Part shown: piece after piece, positions 38,936 through 48,243 of the stretch
How positions within the stretch are numbered: the first letter of the stretch is position 1
How the letters are laid out: the number at the start of each line of letters is the position of its first letter
Assembly: GCA_965242865.1 (NCBI GenBank)
Contig: CBDETK010000013.1
Location: 512,001 to 576,000 of the forward strand
DNA: 64,000 bases
From: Candidatus Latescibacterota bacterium
GTDB taxonomy: Bacteria > Latescibacterota > UBA2968 > UBA8231
Direction: 5' to 3'
Notes under the pieces: model-generated
What the model was told of the DNA's origin: nothing
The model's input: the letters and a program-made list of their open reading frames with translations, nothing else
Database searches by the model: none
Translations under genes and position numbers: made by a program

Positions 38936-40218
38936 GGTGCAAACCTAGCGCGCCAATCGTTCAGGGGGACAAAGCGGCCTTCATCGACCACCGTGTAGTA
39001 GATCTGCTGGAGACCTTGGCGGCGATTGGGACCGAAGGAGACCTGTTCGCCAATGCCCAGATCGAAATTCTCGACCGAGAACACCGCGTCCTCGAGTTGG
39101 TCGCGCTGGGGCTCGGCCCCGAGGCGGTGCAAAATTTCGACCATCAACTTGGCGTTGAGAAAGCCTTCGAGACTGACGAAGCTGTGGGCAAAGGGCGTAT
39201 AGGGGTCTTGCAACAGCGCTGGGGGCGGCTGCGGCGCGTAGCGGTCCATCAAGTCTCGATACTCGCGCACCGCGGGGATGGAGGTGTCTTCGTAGCTGGG
39301 CACCACTTGGGAGTTTACCAGCCACTGCGTATAGCGCTCGCTGTCGTCGCGCCCCTCGGTGAGCAGCTTGAGGAGGTTTTCGCTGCCGACAAACGACAGG
39401 TTGGCAAAAGGCACGTGCAGGCCCAGATCGACGGCATCGCGGGCAAAGGCCGCGCAGGCCGCGTAAGCCCCGATGCAGATCACGGCTTCGGGTTGAGCCT
39501 CCTTGAGGATTTCGACCTGTTTGCGCATCGTGCCGGTGAACCGCGCGCCGCGCCGGTAGGTGGCCTCGCCGACGATTTTTTGGCCGTGCCTTTTGAGGGC
39601 GCTGCGCACGCCAGCCCAGCCGCTGCGGCCGTACGCATCGGCCTGATAAAACACGGCAATGCGCCGGCGATTGATGCGCACGAAGTTATCGACCAGACCG
39701 GCCGTTTCTTGGCGGTAGGAGGCGCGCAGGTTAAAGGCGAAGGCGCCATAAGGCGGCTCCCGCTGGGGTTGCGCGCCGGTAAAGGGAAAGAACAGCAGGA
39801 TGTTCCGGTCTTGAAATTTCTTGAGGATGGGCAACACGCGCGTCACCGTGGGCGTACCGACATAACCAAACAGCAAAAACACGGGGTCGTCGAGCATCAG
39901 CCGCATGGTGTTTTTGACCGAAGGGCCGGGCTGGTAGCCATCGTCGTAGGCTTTGACCTGCACGGTGCGACCGGCCACGCCCCCTTGCTCATTTACGCGA
40001 GCGAAGTACGCGCCCGCCCCCCGATAGAGCTCAATGCCCAACCCGCGCGAGGGGCCGGAGAAGGCGGCGGACATGCCGAGGAGAATCTCGGTGTCGGTCA
40101 CGCCCGAGGCGGTCGGCGCAGCGGCGCGGGCGGCAAAGGCCCTCAAGCACCACCAAGGGGCTGTCGAGAAACCAATAAGACCGGAACGAAGCAGGGACCG
40201 CCGCGTTATTGCTCTCAT
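38932..40218 (-). CDS. Tat-exported periplasmic binding protein (Peripla_BP_6)
   Basis: TRRSLL twin-arginine signal; GVTDTEILLGMSAAFSG, YDDGYQP, GYVGTPT, FNLRASY. Confidence 0.88.
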   Translation of the reverse strand: MRAITRRSLLRSGLIGFSTAPWWCLRAFAARAAAPTASGVTDTEILLGMSAAFSGPSRGLGIELYRGAGAYFARVNEQGGVAGRTVQVKAYDDGYQPGPSVKNTMRLMLDDPVFLLFGYVGTPTVTRVLPILKKFQDRNILLFFPFTGAQPQREPPYGAFAFNLRASYRQETAGLVDNFVRINRRRIAVFYQADAYGRSGWAGVRSALKRHGQKIVGEATYRRGARFTGTMRKQVEILKEAQPEAVICIGAYAACAAFARDAVDLGLHVPFANLSFVGSENLLKLLTEGRDDSERYTQWLVNSQVVPSYEDTSIPAVREYRDLMDRYAPQPPPALLQDPYTPFAHSFVSLEGFLNAKLMVEILHRLGAEPQRDQLEDAVFSVENFDLGIGEQVSFGPNRRQGLQQIYYTVVDEGRFVPLNDWRARFAP

Positions 40219-40285
40219 AACCGCTCGCTTCTTTCGGCTGGGGAGATCCAGCAAGGCATAATGAAGGGGCATTATAGGCCGGGGG

Positions 40286-41095
40286 TCAAGTTCGTTTGCC
40301 CAGTCCGTCTATGGCTTCGCGCACCACTTGTCCGGCCCAATCCTGCGCTGGTGCCACTTTTAGCAAAGCGGCAATCGTCCGGGGGTTGTCGAGGATGCTC
40401 ACCGGGTCCTGCAAGTGCCGCCCGGAGGGCACCCAAGGACCGGCGATCACCCACGGAATGGTCATGTCCTCGTCCATTGCCGTGCCGTGGGTGCGGTCGT
40501 GTCCTCCGTGGTCGCTGGTGACGATGACTGCGGTCTCGCCTTGGTTGACCGCGGCCAACACCGCGCCAATGGCCGCATCGGCCCGCCCAATAGCGGCTAG
40601 ATATTCGGCCGACATCCAGCCGTAGTCGTGACCGGCCACATCGGTACAGCCGAGATAGACAAAGGCAAAATCGGGCGTCCATTCCCGCAGCGTCGCCGCG
40701 GCCAAGCCGGCCAATTCCCAGTCGCCGTCCGGCGCGTGGCAGTTGTTCACGTAGTACGAGCGGTCCAGCGAACCCGGATCGGCCAGATCGCGCAATGGCT
40801 CCCAATTGTAAAAGAAGGCCGTGCGCTTGCCAGCTTGGTGCAGCACATCGACTAGGCTGGGCACGGGCCTGACTTGGGGCACCCAAGTGTTCGTGGTGAT
40901 GCCGTGCCGTTGTGGGGTCACGCCGCGAAACATGGAGGTGTGGCAGGGCAAGGTGGCCGAGGGCATTACGGTGCGCGCCGCATAGGTGCTGGCTCCTGCG
41001 CCGATTAGGCGGTCGATACAGGGAGTGGATGCCTGTTGCAAGCCATCGGGCCGCAGCCCGTCGATGACGAAGAGGATGAGACGTCGTGGGGACAT
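40286..41095 (-). CDS. Alkaline phosphatase superfamily nucleotide pyrophosphatase/phosphodiesterase
   Basis: VIDGLRPD, PSATLPCH, DVAGHDYGW, TSDHGG. Confidence 0.87.
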   Translation of the reverse strand: MSPRRLILFVIDGLRPDGLQQASTPCIDRLIGAGASTYAARTVMPSATLPCHTSMFRGVTPQRHGITTNTWVPQVRPVPSLVDVLHQAGKRTAFFYNWEPLRDLADPGSLDRSYYVNNCHAPDGDWELAGLAAATLREWTPDFAFVYLGCTDVAGHDYGWMSAEYLAAIGRADAAIGAVLAAVNQGETAVIVTSDHGGHDRTHGTAMDEDMTIPWVIAGPWVPSGRHLQDPVSILDNPRTIAALLKVAPAQDWAGQVVREAIDGLGKRT

Positions 41096-41159
41096 GGGAT
41101 TCCTTTTTGGGGAAATGGGGGATTGGTTCTAGCGGATACTTTCCCGATTGTGGATGCGT

Positions 41160-42248
41160 CTATGGCTTCCCCCAAGAGCGGGGCAACCGACTTGTTTCGC
41201 ACGCGCTGGCGTACAGCGCGGCGTCGTGTGGTTTCAGCGGATACCGCGGCACCACCTCTCGGTTGACGATGTTCTCTGGCACCGGCCAATGGCCCCGGAG
41301 GACGGAGGCCAGATTGCAGACTCCGGTGCGCGCCACGTCTTCGCCGGATTGCACCGAATGGGCGGAGACGTGGGACGTCATCAGGACGTTGTCGAGCGCC
41401 ATGAGGGGATGCTGCAAGGTCTGGTCTTCGTCCGTGAAAACGTTGAGCCACTCGTAGGTGTCTAGCGCCGCGCCGGCCAGTGGCCCCTCCCGCAGCACCC
41501 GCACCAGCGCGTCTTCATCGACCAAGGCACCGCGGGACGTATTGATCAGGTACGAGCCCGGCTTCATCTGGCGCAGCAGGGTCTCGTCAAACAGGTGGTA
41601 CGTGTCTGCGTTCAGGGGCAACTGCAAGGAGACGAAGTCGGACTCGGCCAGCAGCGTGGCCAAATCCACCATTTCGACGTCCAAGTCGGCCGGTCGGGAC
41701 GCCTGCAAGTTTCTGCGCGTGGCCAAGACCCGGAGGCCAAAGGCTCTGGCGCGGCGGGCGACCATCTCGCCGGTGACCCCGAAGCCGACGATGCCCAGCG
41801 CACAGGTAGAAAGCCGCTGCAACTGGGTGGCTTCGGCGCGTGCTTGGCGGAAGCGGCCAGCGCGCATGAAGTGCTCCATCCGCGGCAGTTGGCGGGCGAG
41901 GGACAGCAGCATGGCCATGATGTGGTCGGTCATTTCTTCGGCGCAAAAAAAGGGGGCGTTGGCGACGACGATGCCGCGTTCCGTGGCCGTTGCCACGGCG
42001 ATCTTGTCGGTGCCGTTGCCGAGGCGTGCAATCAGGCGGCAGCGATCCAGCGATGCGACCACGGCTGAGGGCAAGCCGGTCGAGACGACGGCGACGGCGT
42101 CGCACCCTGCTAGACAGCGAATGAGGGCTTGCGGGTCTTCTTCTTCGACGTATTCAGGTTCGATGCCGAACTGGGCGTACAGCGATTGCTCCAACTCGCT
42201 GGCTGGGTACAGGGTGGCGTTGAGGCGGACGAAGCGGAAGGATGCCAT
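41160..42248 (-). CDS. D-isomer-specific 2-hydroxyacid dehydrogenase
   Basis: GIVGFGVTG, SDFVSL.LPL, MKPGSYLINTSRG, AALD, TSH. Confidence 0.9.
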   Translation of the reverse strand: MASFRFVRLNATLYPASELEQSLYAQFGIEPEYVEEEDPQALIRCLAGCDAVAVVSTGLPSAVVASLDRCRLIARLGNGTDKIAVATATERGIVVANAPFFCAEEMTDHIMAMLLSLARQLPRMEHFMRAGRFRQARAEATQLQRLSTCALGIVGFGVTGEMVARRARAFGLRVLATRRNLQASRPADLDVEMVDLATLLAESDFVSLQLPLNADTYHLFDETLLRQMKPGSYLINTSRGALVDEDALVRVLREGPLAGAALDTYEWLNVFTDEDQTLQHPLMALDNVLMTSHVSAHSVQSGEDVARTGVCNLASVLRGHWPVPENIVNREVVPRYPLKPHDAALYASACETSRLPRSWGKP

Positions 42249-43112
42249 TCACCAGACCACTTCCAGCATGTCCCGCGCCCAGTACATCGGCCCGGCAAAG
42301 ACGCTTTTTACCTCGGCGATGCCCGCGGTGGCCTCTTCTTCCGGGTCGAGGGTCGGGGCCTGGTGGTTGATTACCAAGCGCTTGGCCCCGGCCTCGGCGG
42401 CCATGCGCCCGGCGTTCAGGGTGCCGGTTTCGGAGATGACGCTGGGGAAGGTTTGGATTTTCTCCTCCCGATGCACGGCCTCCATTACGAACAGGTCCGC
42501 GTCCCTCGCCAGCTCGACCACGGACTTGGTCGGGGCTGTATCGCCGCTGAAGGCGACGATGCCTTCTTCGGTCTCAAAGCGGAAGCCGTAGCAGTCGATG
42601 TAAGGCTGGGCGTGCTTGACCGCGCGTGCATAGCAGGTCCAGCCGTCTCCGGCAGCCACTTTTCCTTCGGCGTACTCGGCCGTGTGGACCGTTGGTTCCG
42701 GCCTAAAATCGCCCACGCCGCCGCGCATCTGGTAGGCGTGGATGCTCATGGGATGATGGGTGCGGGCGATCACGTCGTACCAGAAGAGGCCATCGGGACT
42801 CCAAATCCCGTCGGTGATGCGCTTAATCGGGGCCGGACCATAGACGTACAGGTCGGGCTCGGTGCCGATGCACTGGTCAAAGCGCGTCATCAGGAAGCAG
42901 AGGTAATCGGAGATGTGGTCCGAGTGCAGGTGGGTGAAGAACAGGTGGTGTACCGAAGTGCAGGGGATGCCCATGCGGTGCATCTTGTAGGTCGATGCGG
43001 GGCCGCAGTCGATCATCAGCCGCTGGCCGCAGATTTCGAGAATGAAACAGGTGCCCCAGCGGTCGCGGGTAGGGGTGGGCGTTCCGGCACCGACGATGTT
43101 GAGCTTTGGCAT
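42249..43112 (-). CDS. MBL-fold metallo-hydrolase (RNase Z/AtsA-like)
   Basis: Start MPKLNIVGAGTP; IDCG, THLHSDH, FSGDT, LVINH. Confidence 0.88.
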   Translation of the reverse strand: MPKLNIVGAGTPTPTRDRWGTCFILEICGQRLMIDCGPASTYKMHRMGIPCTSVHHLFFTHLHSDHISDYLCFLMTRFDQCIGTEPDLYVYGPAPIKRITDGIWSPDGLFWYDVIARTHHPMSIHAYQMRGGVGDFRPEPTVHTAEYAEGKVAAGDGWTCYARAVKHAQPYIDCYGFRFETEEGIVAFSGDTAPTKSVVELARDADLFVMEAVHREEKIQTFPSVISETGTLNAGRMAAEAGAKRLVINHQAPTLDPEEEATAGIAEVKSVFAGPMYWARDMLEVVW

Positions 43113-43181
43113 GGGATCGTCTCCTCGGATAAGCGGGTGAAAATAAACAGGTATTATCGGCAGGGGGTCAAGGTAAGTGAG

Positions 43182-43403
43182 TACCTCCTCGCCGGTCGCG
43201 GCCAAATGTGGCGGCGGCAAAACGGCCGCGAGGAAGTCGTGGCGGTCGCGCCCAACGTCTGCCTGACCATTCCGCTGGGCACCCACTTCCAGTTCCGCGC
43301 CTTGGGCGACGAGCCGCTCGCCGCGATTGCCGTTACCATGCCGCCGTGGCCCGGAGCGGACGAAGCGTATTCGGTTGAGGGGAAGTGGTCGGAGAGATAT
43401 TGA
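43182..43403 (+). pseudogene. C-terminal half of a cupin (mannose-6-phosphate isomerase-like)
   Basis: YLLAGRGQMWR...LTIPLGTHFQFR...VTMPPWPG; N-terminal half and start are missing. Confidence 0.7.
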
Positions 43404-43527
43404 CGCAATCAAGCATAGCCTTATATATAGATGTATAAATGTAAGACGAGAGACTCTTCAGAGGATTAACCCTTGAAGATCAAGAACAATAACATCGGGC
43501 GGCTAATCGACCGCCGGGAATGAGCAT

Positions 43528-43968
43528 ATGTCGTTTCACAGAGTATTGGAAGGTCTTCAGGCCGTCGGAGAGCTACTGATCAAGCGGGGTTCAGCCATGG
43601 GGCCGTTGGTCCCTCCGCTCCTCTTGAGCGTGGTGTTCCTCTTTTTTGCTCATCTATTTCGGTCAACATTCGTGATTAGCGGCTTTCCGATCTTCAGTGC
43701 CGTGCTGGTTATCCTAGTGCTAGGGATCGTGATTGACTACCACCGCCGCTACGCATTTTTTGCAAAGAACGATCCCGACAGATTGCAGTCGGAGGAGTAC
43801 CGATACAAAACGGCGCAGATGCAGATGATCGCATCTGGGGAGTTACACGATTCAATTCCCGAAGAGGAACTTCCAGACGCGAAGGAAAAGCCGGACGCAC
43901 TTGAACCGTCGTCCGAAGAAGACGAACCACCAGACTCGACTGATACAGATGAGGAGAAAAGCGCATGA
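43528..43968 (+). CDS. Hypothetical 2-TM membrane protein with acidic C-terminal tail
   Basis: Two hydrophobic helices, then FAKNDPDRLQSEEY and a D/E-rich tail; ATGA overlap with the next gene. Confidence 0.75.
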   Translation: MSFHRVLEGLQAVGELLIKRGSAMGPLVPPLLLSVVFLFFAHLFRSTFVISGFPIFSAVLVILVLGIVIDYHRRYAFFAKNDPDRLQSEEYRYKTAQMQMIASGELHDSIPEEELPDAKEKPDALEPSSEEDEPPDSTDTDEEKSA

Positions 43969-44321
43969 AATCCCATCTCTTTACATTCAGCCAAGCCTGC
44001 ACACAGGCGCGTGTGCATGCTGTTCTCAACAACACTGAGGGAGTTCAAACATGGATTGCGCCGTTTCCGTACTCCGCGATCCTCGTCTCCAAACTCAATG
44101 CTCAAGACCTCAGTGCCATTCTTCGCGATCGATTGCCCAACGTGTGGTTCATGGTCGCGGAAATGGACCCCCATGCCGTGAATGGCTGGCTGCCCGGAGA
44201 TCTCTGGGAGTACGTAAACGATCCGCAGAAGGCGTGGTCGCAACAATTGATCCGGACTATCGTCGATCCAAAGTATCTCCGTCGTCCTGCCGCCGATGCC
44301 GACCGAATGGCGGGGACGTAG
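43965..44321 (+). CDS. Small hypothetical protein, possibly ferredoxin-like (Cas2/VapD-like) fold
   Basis: 118 aa; alternating beta/alpha pattern and C-terminal NGWLP..LWEYV motif. Confidence 0.65.
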   Translation: MKSHLFTFSQACTQARVHAVLNNTEGVQTWIAPFPYSAILVSKLNAQDLSAILRDRLPNVWFMVAEMDPHAVNGWLPGDLWEYVNDPQKAWSQQLIRTIVDPKYLRRPAADADRMAGT

Positions 44322-44342
44322 CGATATTTTTTGAAACGACCC

Positions 44343-45377
44343 ATGCGCCTAGTCGTCCTGTCGTCCAGCCATCACGGCCGCAGCATCGGCCAGACCGCCC
44401 GCGCCTTGGGGCACGATATAATCGGGGTCATGGATGGGGAAGAAACCCCGCGCCAGCAACTCGCAGAAGTGTTCCAATGCCGCGGCTTTGCCACGGCCGG
44501 CGAATGCCTCGACGCGGCACAGCCCGACGCCGCTTTAGTCGCTGGCAAGCACATTGAAATGCCGGATCACGTGCAGGCCTGCGTCGATCGGCGCGTCCCC
44601 TACCTGCTCGACAAGCCCTTTGCCGATTGCGCCGCTCGGCTCCGCCCGGTGGCCGCGGCTTCGGCTAAATGCGGAGTCTTCAGCGCCCTCACCCTGCCCA
44701 ACCGCGCCAGCCGCGTCGTCGCCACGGTGGAGCGTCTGTTAGCCGACGGCACGCTGGGCGATTTAGTCCAGTACAGCAGCCGCCTCAACAACGGCCCGCC
44801 CGCGCGCTACGACTCGACGCCCTCGGCTTGGCACAACGACCCGGCCATTTCCGGCGGCGGCAGTTGGGCCGTAGAAGCGGCCCACGGCATTGACACCTTT
44901 TTGCAATTCGTCGGCGAGCAGCCGGTACACGTGGTCGGTGCGCTCATGTCCAATGCCGCCTACGGCCGCACCGTGGAGGATATTGGCTTGGGAATGCTGC
45001 GCACCGGTGGGGGCGTGACCGGCTTGATCGAAAGCGGCTACGCCTATCCGGCCGGGGAGCGCAGCGGCGACCACTTCTTCCGCTTTATCGGCACCCGCGC
45101 CATGGTTTTCCAGCAGTATGGCAAAGAAGGCACGCCCCTCGTCGAAGTTCATACCACCGAGGGCGTACAGTTTTGTGAGGAGCTATCGCACGGCGAGCGC
45201 ATGAGGGCCATTGTCGAGCAAGCCCTGACCGCCTTGGCGGATGGACGCTCCTTCGCCCCCACTATCGACCAAGCCGTGCGCATCCTCGAAATACAGGACG
45301 CAGTGTACGACCATGCCCGCCGAAACCTGCTGACCAACGGCCCCCATCCCATGGGCATCCCGCCGACTCGACCGTAG
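44343..45377 (+). CDS. Gfo/Idh/MocA family oxidoreductase
   Basis: LLDKPFA, WHND...SGGG, HGID, VEDIG. Confidence 0.85.
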   Translation: MRLVVLSSSHHGRSIGQTARALGHDIIGVMDGEETPRQQLAEVFQCRGFATAGECLDAAQPDAALVAGKHIEMPDHVQACVDRRVPYLLDKPFADCAARLRPVAAASAKCGVFSALTLPNRASRVVATVERLLADGTLGDLVQYSSRLNNGPPARYDSTPSAWHNDPAISGGGSWAVEAAHGIDTFLQFVGEQPVHVVGALMSNAAYGRTVEDIGLGMLRTGGGVTGLIESGYAYPAGERSGDHFFRFIGTRAMVFQQYGKEGTPLVEVHTTEGVQFCEELSHGERMRAIVEQALTALADGRSFAPTIDQAVRILEIQDAVYDHARRNLLTNGPHPMGIPPTRP

Positions 45378-45568
45378 CTAGCTACGGCGGCTAGAGGAAC
45401 ATCGCTGACCTGAATCTGTGAAGGCGGGTCAGAAGGTATGTCTTCTCCAATTTCCAACAGATACGCAACGAGAAGATCAACGGCATTTTCTAAATTCTCT
45501 AAAGCCTCTTTCTCGGTATATCCCCAACTCGCGGCCCCTTTGTGCTCCAACTCAATCCTATATATATC
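45378..45568 (-). pseudogene. hicB: Degraded HicB-family antitoxin
   Basis: IYRIELE-HKGAASWGYTEKEALENL.NAVDL..AYL.E.GEDIP; lacks the usual second beta-strand segment, a start codon and a nearby stop. Confidence 0.65.
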
Positions 45569-45637
45569 TTACTCTCGGTTCCTACTTACGGCCCGGCAAA
45601 GTTGCCAACGTGCGCTAAACCCAAGAAAGGCCCGCCA

Positions 45638-46506
45638 ATGAACCCCTTTTCCAGACTTCTATGCCTTTGCCTCGTCGCAGCCAGCGTTCAGGCCGAGACC
45701 CCTTCGCCGCTGCAAGCCATGCAGGAAGAGTTGACTCGCTCCGTCAGTCTGCTTGAGGAGCAGCTGGTCGCGCCCTACTTCCTCAGCTACGAAATTACCG
45801 AGACGCGGGGGATCAACGTCAGAGCCTCTTTCGGTGCGTTGACGTACAGCGACGAATCGTGCGGCCGCCAACTCGACATCGATCTGCGCGTAGGCGACTA
45901 CGCCTTCGACAATACGCATCAGGTTCGCGGCGGCCCTAGCAATTGGTCCACATCTACGAAGCCGACGCTAGCCTCTGGGCCAATATCTCGACGCGCCAAT
46001 ACGTCAACAGCGAGGGCAGCGAGATCCAGACCTCGCAGGTGCTCTACCGCCTGTTCATCTACGCCTTCACCAAAGCCGACGATGGCATGGAATTGCCGCG
46101 CTACGAATCCTTCTCCGCCTTTGCCCCAGAGGGCCTGCCCAGCGACGACGAGGTTCTCGCCTTGGTGGACCGCATGATCGACGACTTGCACGCTTTGCGC
46201 GACGCTCCAGTGGTGGCCCCCTACGCCGGTCCGGCGATTCTTTCGGGCCGCGCCAGCGGCGTCCTCTTCCACGAAATTTTCGGGCACCGCATTGAGGGCC
46301 ACCGCTAGAAGTGCGAGGACGAGGGCCAGACCTTTAAGAAGAAGATAGGGGAGAAAGTCCTGCCCGAGACCTTCTCGGTTTACTTCGACCCCACCCAGAC
46401 GAGCAGCACCGGCAAGGATTTAGTGGGAGCCTATGCATACGACAATCAGGGAGTCAAAGGACAGCGAGTGGCGGTCGTTGAGAATGGGGTTTTCCGCCGC
46501 CCCTGA
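45638..46506 (+). pseudogene. Secreted TldD-like metalloprotease pseudogene
   Basis: Signal peptide + PYFLSY..LRVGDY; deletion/frameshift near 45940; FHEIFGHR (HExxxH); in-frame TAG at 46306; truncated after VVENGVF. Confidence 0.8.
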
Positions 46507-46523
46507 GCCATATTGGAACCATC

Positions 46524-47303
46524 ATGTACAAAAGGACCTGTATCCACGTTCTGACGGTTGCTACCGCGCTGGCGTTTTCCGCAGTCCACGCCGAAGACGG
46601 CATTTTGCAGCGCGCCTTGCTCGACGAATTGGCGCGCTCCATGCAGCAGCTCCAGCTCGAAAACCTAGAGCGGCCGTACTTTGTTTCTTACCTCGTGCGC
46701 GAAGTAAAATCCAAGAGTAGCTCGGCGACCTTCGGCAGCCTGCTCAACAGCGACGCGGGGCACGTGCGCAATCTCAGTGTCGAAGTGCGGGTCGGAGACT
46801 ACGCGCTCGATAACGCCAACTTCCGCTCGTTTTCCCGCTGCGGTTCGGGAGTGGTGTGCATGTACGGGGGTAGCATGCAGTTGCCCCTCGAGGACGACTA
46901 CGACGAATTGCGGCGCAAAATCTGGCTGGCCACCGACGGCGCGTACAAGAAGGCCCTTGAAGATCTGGCTAGGAAGCGCGCGGCCTTGCAGAACAAAACC
47001 CGCACCGAGGAAATTCCCGATTTCAGCCGGGAAGAGCCGGCTGCGGAAGTACGCGAAGAGACGCCCGCTGTCTTGGACCTCGACGCGCTGGACCAGCAAG
47101 TGCGCCAGCTTTCGGGCCTGTTCCGCACGGTTCCCTTTCGCTCGGCGGACAACTCCGCTACTTTTTTCAGAGGGCGAAGTGATGAAGTCCTAGTGAGTAT
47201 TGTCACTCCGCGCTTGGTCCTGTTTGAGGACATCACGCTCAAGCCGTCCAGCGGCGAGATCCCCAAAGTACCTGTGTCCGTCCATCCCTACTTCGACAAG
47301 TGA
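46524..47303 (+). pseudogene. TldD/PmbA-like partner subunit with large internal deletion
   Basis: PYFVSY, VRVGDY, IWLATD.AYK, PDFSRE joined directly to a C-terminal SIVTP.LVLFEDI segment; only 259 aa. Confidence 0.7.
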
Positions 47304-47335
47304 ACGTTGTGTTATAGACTCTAAGGAGGAGCACC

Positions 47336-48037
47336 ATGAAGATTCTCCAGCGAAGCCTGTGCCTTGTTGCGATGCTTTTTGTTTTGAGTTGTTCGCTCAA
47401 AAAAACCACTCCCATAAACGGTTTGTCGATGCCCGAGTCGTTTGTCGTGGTCAACGATGAGAGTCCGTCTCTCGTTTTTGATATTCGGTATTATTCAGAT
47501 GATAATTTTTTAGGGACAAAAGTAAGGGGGTATAAAAGCGCGAAGTGCATTCTCACTAGGTCGGCGAGTGAAGCACTCAAAAAAGTGCAGCGCGAGATGA
47601 GCGCGGCGGGGTACACGTTGAAAATTTTTGACTGCTATCGCCCGCAAGAAGCGGTGGATCACTTTGTGGAATGGGTCCGCGATACAGACGATCAAAAGAT
47701 GAAGGCGCAGTACTATCCCAACGAAGACAAATCGCAACTCATCGAGAAGGGGTATATCGCAGACCAATCGGGCCACAGCAGGGGCAGTACGCTCGATTTG
47801 ACTCTGGTCGAGAACTCGAGTTCTACAGAGTTGGATATGGGGACGCCGTTTGATTATTTCGACACGTTGTCCAATACGGACGATCCGCGAATTTCGGATC
47901 AACAGAGACGCAATCGGCTGCTGTTAAAGGCCGCGATGGAAAACCACGGCTTTGTGAATTACGACAAAGAGTGGTGGCACTACACGCTTAAAGACGAACC
48001 GTATCCAGAAACATACTTTGATTTTCCTGTAAGGTGA
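47336..48037 (+). CDS. ddpX: D-alanyl-D-alanine dipeptidase (VanX/DdpX, M15D), lipoprotein
   Basis: Lipobox-like LSC; DCYRP, SGHSRG..LD, DMGTPFDYF, EWWHY. Confidence 0.92.
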   Translation: MKILQRSLCLVAMLFVLSCSLKKTTPINGLSMPESFVVVNDESPSLVFDIRYYSDDNFLGTKVRGYKSAKCILTRSASEALKKVQREMSAAGYTLKIFDCYRPQEAVDHFVEWVRDTDDQKMKAQYYPNEDKSQLIEKGYIADQSGHSRGSTLDLTLVENSSSTELDMGTPFDYFDTLSNTDDPRISDQQRRNRLLLKAAMENHGFVNYDKEWWHYTLKDEPYPETYFDFPVR

Positions 48038-48243
48038 CGGACGGTACGAGGTCGGCCGCCTCATGGAACCGGCCCTCCGAACGGACAACGGACGGTACGC
48101 CGCTTTTTCCTCAACGTCCCATACATGTAACCTTTTCGCTACACTCTAACGCTGCTGAGCTCCGTCCGCCCCTCTGAGCCGCCGCCGTGGCACGATTTTT
48201 GCCAGTTGTGGATACCACCTCACCCGCAACCAAGGCAGAACCC

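Noticed and set aside
39016-40521. Long antisense ORFs (also 21922-23151, 41458-42591, 57429-58370)
   Set aside because: Antisense shadows of well-supported genes, expected at high GC3, with no recognisable motifs
46306-46308. In-frame TAG as pyrrolysine or programmed readthrough
   Set aside because: The gene has other lesions (deletion/frameshift, truncation), so a nonsense mutation is simpler
47336-48037. Vancomycin resistance cluster
   Set aside because: No vanH, vanA or vanRS nearby; lone D,D-dipeptidases are common
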